The notes under the pieces are model-generated. The model searched no databases and had not been told where the DNA came from. It was given only the letters and a program-made list of their open reading frames with translations. From Klebsormidium nitens (taxonomy: Eukaryota; Plantae; Klebsormidiophyceae), in the NCBI GenBank assembly GCA_000708835.1, contig DF237473.1, forward strand, positions 1 through 63,886: DNA of 63,886 nt, written 5' to 3'. The position numbers were made by a program, and so were the translations under genes. Shown here one piece after another: positions 58,801 through 63,886 of the stretch. The first letter of the stretch is position 1; each line of letters opens with the position of its first letter.

Positions 58801-61800
58801 TCAAACCAGCCCCGCTGTGAGTATCTGGGCTAAGTGTCTTAACCTCGCACAGAAATCCAACATTCTGTGGATGAGTATGACCAAACTGCTGTTTTGTGTT
58901 TGGGTAAGTGTGAGGCTTTTGAGCGGTCCGCCCTTCTTTCCGACCAGACGTTTCCTGGTTTGAAGCTGAAAACAAAGTTGTCTTCAAAGCTGACGTCAGC
59001 GCTCCGGCGCTTCAGGCGAAGCGGAAGTTGCAGAATGGAGTCGTGCACGACTTTCGCCGGGGCAAAACTTTGGGCTGTTCCCTGTGGAGAACAAGCCGTT
59101 GCAGCGTTCCCGAGTCGCCCCGACCAGATTCGTGCACTGATACCTTTGAAAATTCAGAAAGCACGCCGGTATCGAGTACGGAGCTCTCTGGTTTGCACGT
59201 AGACCTCTGAGGACTAGAATCGTGTCGCTTGAAGGCCTCGGATCAACGTCATGTGGAGCTTCAGACTGATTTGTGCAAGGTCTCACCGCTTTACAGAGCT
59301 TCGAACAGCTCTAGCTTTTCCGGAAGGGCTTTCAACATGTTGGTCGGTTTGAGCCACTTTGATTTGCTGGGAGCGGTTTTGGTTTGCTGGGTATTGAATT
59401 TTGGGTCCGCTAACATGAGTGTGACGCTTTTGAGCGATTCTGCCTGTACTTCTGGGAGGCTTAGTCCAAGGATCAAGCTGTCCCCGCTCTTTTAAGGGGA
59501 GCTGTGCCAGAAAGAAGGTTTTTGGCTGTGTTGCTTCTGAAACCGGATGCGTTAGTGTAGCTAGCGTCTCAGTCTTTAATTGCACGTGAGGCTATCGTCT
59601 CACGCGGAGCTCAAGGAAGTTACTTTTTGCCTCTTCGATCCAACCCTTGTAAGGGGGCGGGTTTGCAGCTCCACCAGTGACTTCCGGATGGGTTTAAGTT
59701 ATGTCTTTGGACCAGAGTGAGCTTCGTCTTCAGCTCTGCCTAGGTTTGGACGGTTGATGACGTGGTTCAACGGCGTCACAACGATTTTCTAAACAGTCTA
59801 CTTTCGGACGGCTTCCGCTTTGGTTCCGGGCGGCTTCCGGTCTACTTTCGGACGGCTTGAGCTTTCACTTCGGACGGCTTCCGGTCTACTTTCGAACGGC
59901 TTCGGGTCGACTTTTGGACCACTTGTTTTTGTTTTGTTTTCTTAAAAGCCTCCGGATGTTTGACGGTTTGCTGTTCCTCAGTTGTATCTGCTCTCGATCC
60001 AGGAGGGATACCTAAAGTTTGTCCTTGTTGGTTGACAAGCCCCAGCTCAAACGCGCGCTGAGCTCACATATATCCCAGTCTCAGATGACTTTGCTGACGA
60101 CCATCACCTCCATCAATTTCCGGATGCTCTCCTCGCGAACGCTGATAGTAATTTCTGAGCACGAGTTGAGTGGTGGCACAAGGGTACATGAAACAAGGTT
60201 GATAGATTCAAACACACACTCGCTCTTCCCCCCCCCTTCCCCCCTAGCTCTCTCTCACTCTCACGCATGCGCAAGCTTATATCTAAGTTTGAACGCAAGT
60301 GCATTTCAACAATAGGCGCTCGATCCTTCGCACCAAGCGAGAAACAAGGTCCCTTTGTTTGTGACTACCGCTCGCCGATAACCCCACTTTCCTCGCATCT
60401 ATGTCACAAGGACGCTGACGCCATTCCCCGCTTCCATTGCTTACGAACATGCTATCCAGTCACTCACGACCGTCACTATCTTTTGCCCCGCAGGTTTTCC
60501 ACATGGACGCTGACGCAATCTTCGTCGACATGAAAAAGAGCATTGGCACGATGCTCAACGAAGCGGGCGCTTCCGACGCCGAGCTCGTATACACCAACAA
60601 TTACGATGGTGACATGACAGACAACCATTCGCCGATAAACGCGGGGGTTTATTTCGTGCGCGCCTCTGATTGGACGCTCTCGTTTTTGGAGCGCGTTTAC
60701 ACCGACTACCCGCAGGCCGTCGATCATGAGTGGCGGGAACGGAAGGCGATCCAGGATTTCCGGGACGAGCACTTTGAGGAGTGGGATAAGCACGCGCGAA
60801 TCATCCCGCACTGGTGAGCCGGAATGTTAATAACGGCGTTGGACCTGACGGACGTCATCCGTAAATGGTGATGACGTCAGCTTTTTGGCGATCATGATTT
60901 CTGACGGCACTGCGAGATGCCTAATTGTCTGCAATCGGACACGCTTGTCTTGCGCTCTTTTAGATTCGGGCCTTTCGAATATTTTCTTTTCGGATCGAGT
61001 TCCGTTTCTCTAAACCGACTCTCCTACGTGAGCGCTCAGCCACGGAAGTAGCTTGCTCTTATCGAGTCGCATCAAAGCGAATTGAAATTTATTTGAAATT
61101 TATACACGCTATTCTGACCGAGGGGCCTGTTGTTTTCTCTTCCAAAACTGCGAGTGCCTGAACCGTCGAGGTATGGGCTGCTTGTCATTCCTTGGTCTCG
61201 GAGCGTTCCTGATGCTGAACCGTAGAATAATGAAGTTCAACTGAGGGTGAAATAAGTCTGAGCTCTGGCATACTCGACTACCTGCAAACTTCCACTCTGG
61301 TCGGAGATCACCTTTAGTGTACCTTGCGATGAAAAGCCCTAAGCCCCATCTGCGATGAAAAGCCGTAAGCCCCATCGTCGTTCCATTCCTTTCTCGCAAT
61401 CAGCTGCGAAAGGTCTCTTTGTCAATGCCTTTCCAAAGAGTCATGCGCCGTACGCGTCGCCCACTTCTCGTTGCGTCACGTTGTCTTGTGCGCCTTTGCC
61501 GCGGACGTGCGATCAGTACGCTCGTATCAACAAGAAGTGCGTGCAAGGCTTTCAACGGACGGCATTCTCGGCGTGGCTTTCTTTGAACTTATCACAGGTT
61601 GGGGCGGCACCAGCCGTGTTGTACTGCAAAGTTAAAAGCCGTCCGACCGACATTGCAAGCGCGCTTGCTACGCCCACTGTGAATCGCGTTTCATATGCTC
61701 CGGGTCATTGAGAACTTGGTGTTGACATTCGCACTCTACTGTTGTGCAGGCGGATGAACTCTCGTCTCGACTGGTACAAGTACGGAGACTTTATTGCGCA

Positions 61801-61918
61801 CGGGGCAATGTCGCCGAAGCCTTGGCGATTTCAGCAACTACTGAAATACATGCTCATAAGCGATCCGGAAGGAGAAGGGTGGTGGGTCAGCGTCAGTCTC
61901 GGTCAATACGAGGGGTAG
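55873..61918 (+). CDS. GT34 family (GMA12/MNN10-like) glycosyltransferase, type II membrane protein
   Basis: Exons 55873-56022, 57229-57660, 58664-58816, 60494-60813 and 61750-61918. N-terminal transmembrane segment. Motifs: NRILYIKRHGYEY, SWSKIP, DxD motif HMDADAIF, INAGVYFVR...W...FLERVY, GDFIAH. Confidence 0.85.
56085..58570 (+). repeat. Echo stacks around GT34 exons 1 and 3
   Basis: Exon-1 tail copies (ggttacccag...ggttaa...tggtca) at about 56095-56170, 56240-56310 and 56365-56410; exon-3 acceptor copy (atgcaggcgtacgtgcaaaagatgcgg) at about 58465-58560. Confidence 0.8.
59796..59920 (+). repeat. Minisatellite with a ~21-23-bp unit (ggtctactttcggacggcttcc)
   Basis: About five to six degenerate units inside GT34 intron 3. 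Confidence 0.75.
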
Positions 61919-62829
61919 CTTGCAACGTTACGACGATGTCCTTTCTTCTCGGGTAACATTCTTCGCAGTCTTACGTTTGTGGACCATGCTACAGATGGCA
62001 GGCGTTCAGATTCTCCACAAAAATGGACTAGGCATTGAACCTTTATGGTATCAACCTCAATCCGAATCACCGGACAGCGGCGGAAAGGCGTACGTTATGC
62101 TGCACTGAAGTTTTGAAATAGCCGCTTGCAAGTCAGCGTATCGCTTTCTCACATTTGTTAGATAATCCGACATGTTCAATGCACACTTGCCTTGCCAGAT
62201 AGGCATGCCGCGCCGCTAATTGGGCAGGGCGGCCGCGTTGCTCAGTCGGACGCTGCCATGATGCGCGAGCTAGAGATAGAGATGTGGGCCCGATATGCCA
62301 CTGGATCGTACAAAGTTTGACAGGGATCGGTATCACTTCTAAATTGTATTCATGCATGCCTTTCCAGGCCGCCGGCCGGACGCCGGGTATGTTTGATCGG
62401 GAAGTGCCAGGCTCGATCGCACTTCCGAGCTGGCGGATATAGAAATCATTGACTAATGATGGTCAGGGTCAATCGTAAGGTGATTGACGGTGCAGACAGA
62501 GTGCATGTCTATGTGACTAGCTAAGATCGCGTGGCAGCTTATCGAACGCGGCCCAACGTGGTGACTAGTGTCACTTCAATGAAGCGAGCCAGTATGAAAA
62601 CCCGGCCAGGGGAAAGCCAGTTAACTCTGGTATTATTGCTACTTCTCCATTTTGTTACCCCGTTACGTTACAGGGGCGACACTTTGGGTGAAAATGGTAA
62701 TAAGTGAAAGGCACTGGAAGACATGTAAGACTTCTATATCCAAAGAAACGACATGCAGGGTTCGAAATATCGTACAAAGACCTACATGATTACTCGAAGC
62801 TGACACTACAAGCTTGTCTACTAAGGGCT

Positions 62830-63276
62830 TCTGCAGCTACTCCTTGACTCGTTTGAGTATCGCTCTCTCCACATCAGCTCAAAGTCAGCTCCCTTACTCC
62901 GACTCTCCTTCTTTCATGCCACCCGCTGTCCCCGTTTCAGGTTCCTTGCGAGCTGCCGCATGTCGATCATGAATTGCATCAAAGCTACCTCCTCGTCGAT
63001 CACCAGCTGCCGCACTTTGAGGGCCTCGCCCCATAACCTTCTCAATCCTGTCTGGCTCACCTTATGTTCTGTCACCAGCTGAATAAGCACCTTCTGAAAC
63101 GTATTCCAGATTGTTGTATTCTGGAGCCGCCAGACCCTAATCTGGAGCTGACAGAACTCATTCCGGAGCTGACAGCTCTCCTTCTCCCGCTCCTCTAAGA
63201 GCTTCTGCTCCCTTCCTAGCAACTCTGTTATCGAGGTACCCATTTTCGTGCGCCTTTGCAGCTGTTTAGCCGTCAC
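62830..63276 (-). pseudogene. Unspliced coiled-coil-like ORF of unknown origin, probably decayed
   Basis: 120-aa E/K/L/Q-rich ORF; the frame stays open for about 30 further codons past a single TGA. No family recognised. Confidence 0.2.
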
Positions 63277-63886
63277 CTAATGAAGCGAATTTGGATTCGA
63301 TTCCCTAGTAACATTGAAGGCGGATACTGATCGAATGTACTCGTGCTTGGGACAAGCCTTGAGCCCCAAATTCGACGTGATTCCAACGCACCAGTTAAGT
63401 GATAACTGCGCAGCTGCGTCAGTCCACACGTGGGATTACTTGGACAATCGGGGGCCAATCATTATCACTGTGAACTGTACCAATGATGAAACTACTCACG
63501 TGCGCTGATGTGGCTCAAGGAGTGGTAAAGGTACCGGAAACGGTATGGTATCTTATCTCACTGCAGAGCCTCGCAAACCCTAAAGCGAAATTATTTGTTT
63601 TTGGAAGATTTGATTTCCAAATGAAACCTGCCACGCGGCGCATTGTTAAAGGCGCCCTTAACAGTCAACAACGACTACGAAAAAAAATCAGAGTAAAAAG
63701 CTGTACATTTTCCAACCAGACAGGTTCAAAACAGTAGGTAGGGGGCTATATAAGCATTGCAACCATTATTATTATTTTATTTTATGTTTGGAATTGACGG
63801 AAAAAACCAGGGGGTCCGGATTTTGCAAGAATAAGGGACGCCTTCCAGAATGCACAACCATTCCGGACGAGCGTCCGAATTCATCC

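Noticed and set aside
1-63886. tRNA, rRNA or telomeric repeats
   Set aside because: None recognised; taacc/ggtta words are scattered branch-point-like motifs, not arrays.

Overview
Eukaryotic, intron-rich genomic DNA. GC-rich exons and the plant-type gene set point to a streptophyte green alga of the Klebsormidium type (inference). I reconstructed seven spliced genes by hand from GT/GC-AG junctions and reading-frame phase: (1) the 3' end of an AHK1-like hybrid histidine kinase; (2) a minus-strand gene largely missed by the ORF track that joins a DUF3825-like domain (described from bacterial OST-HTH/LOTUS proteins), an RRM and a bacterial-type CxxC-x17-CxxC-like zinc ribbon; (3) a GONST3/4-type GDP-sugar transporter; (4) a GT17 (MGAT3-like) glycosyltransferase; (5) a secreted dirigent/AOC-barrel-like protein; (6) a complete 12-exon subfamily-I ETR1-like ethylene receptor; (7) a GT34-like glycosyltransferase. 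The most striking non-gene signal is that all seven genes carry stacks of partial exon copies ('echoes') in their introns, each anchored on a splice site. In the best-preserved echoes the differences from the true exon are mostly synonymous (hand count about 26 synonymous vs 6 non-synonymous codons), which neutral decay does not easily explain. Intergenic blocks look like eroded transposon debris.
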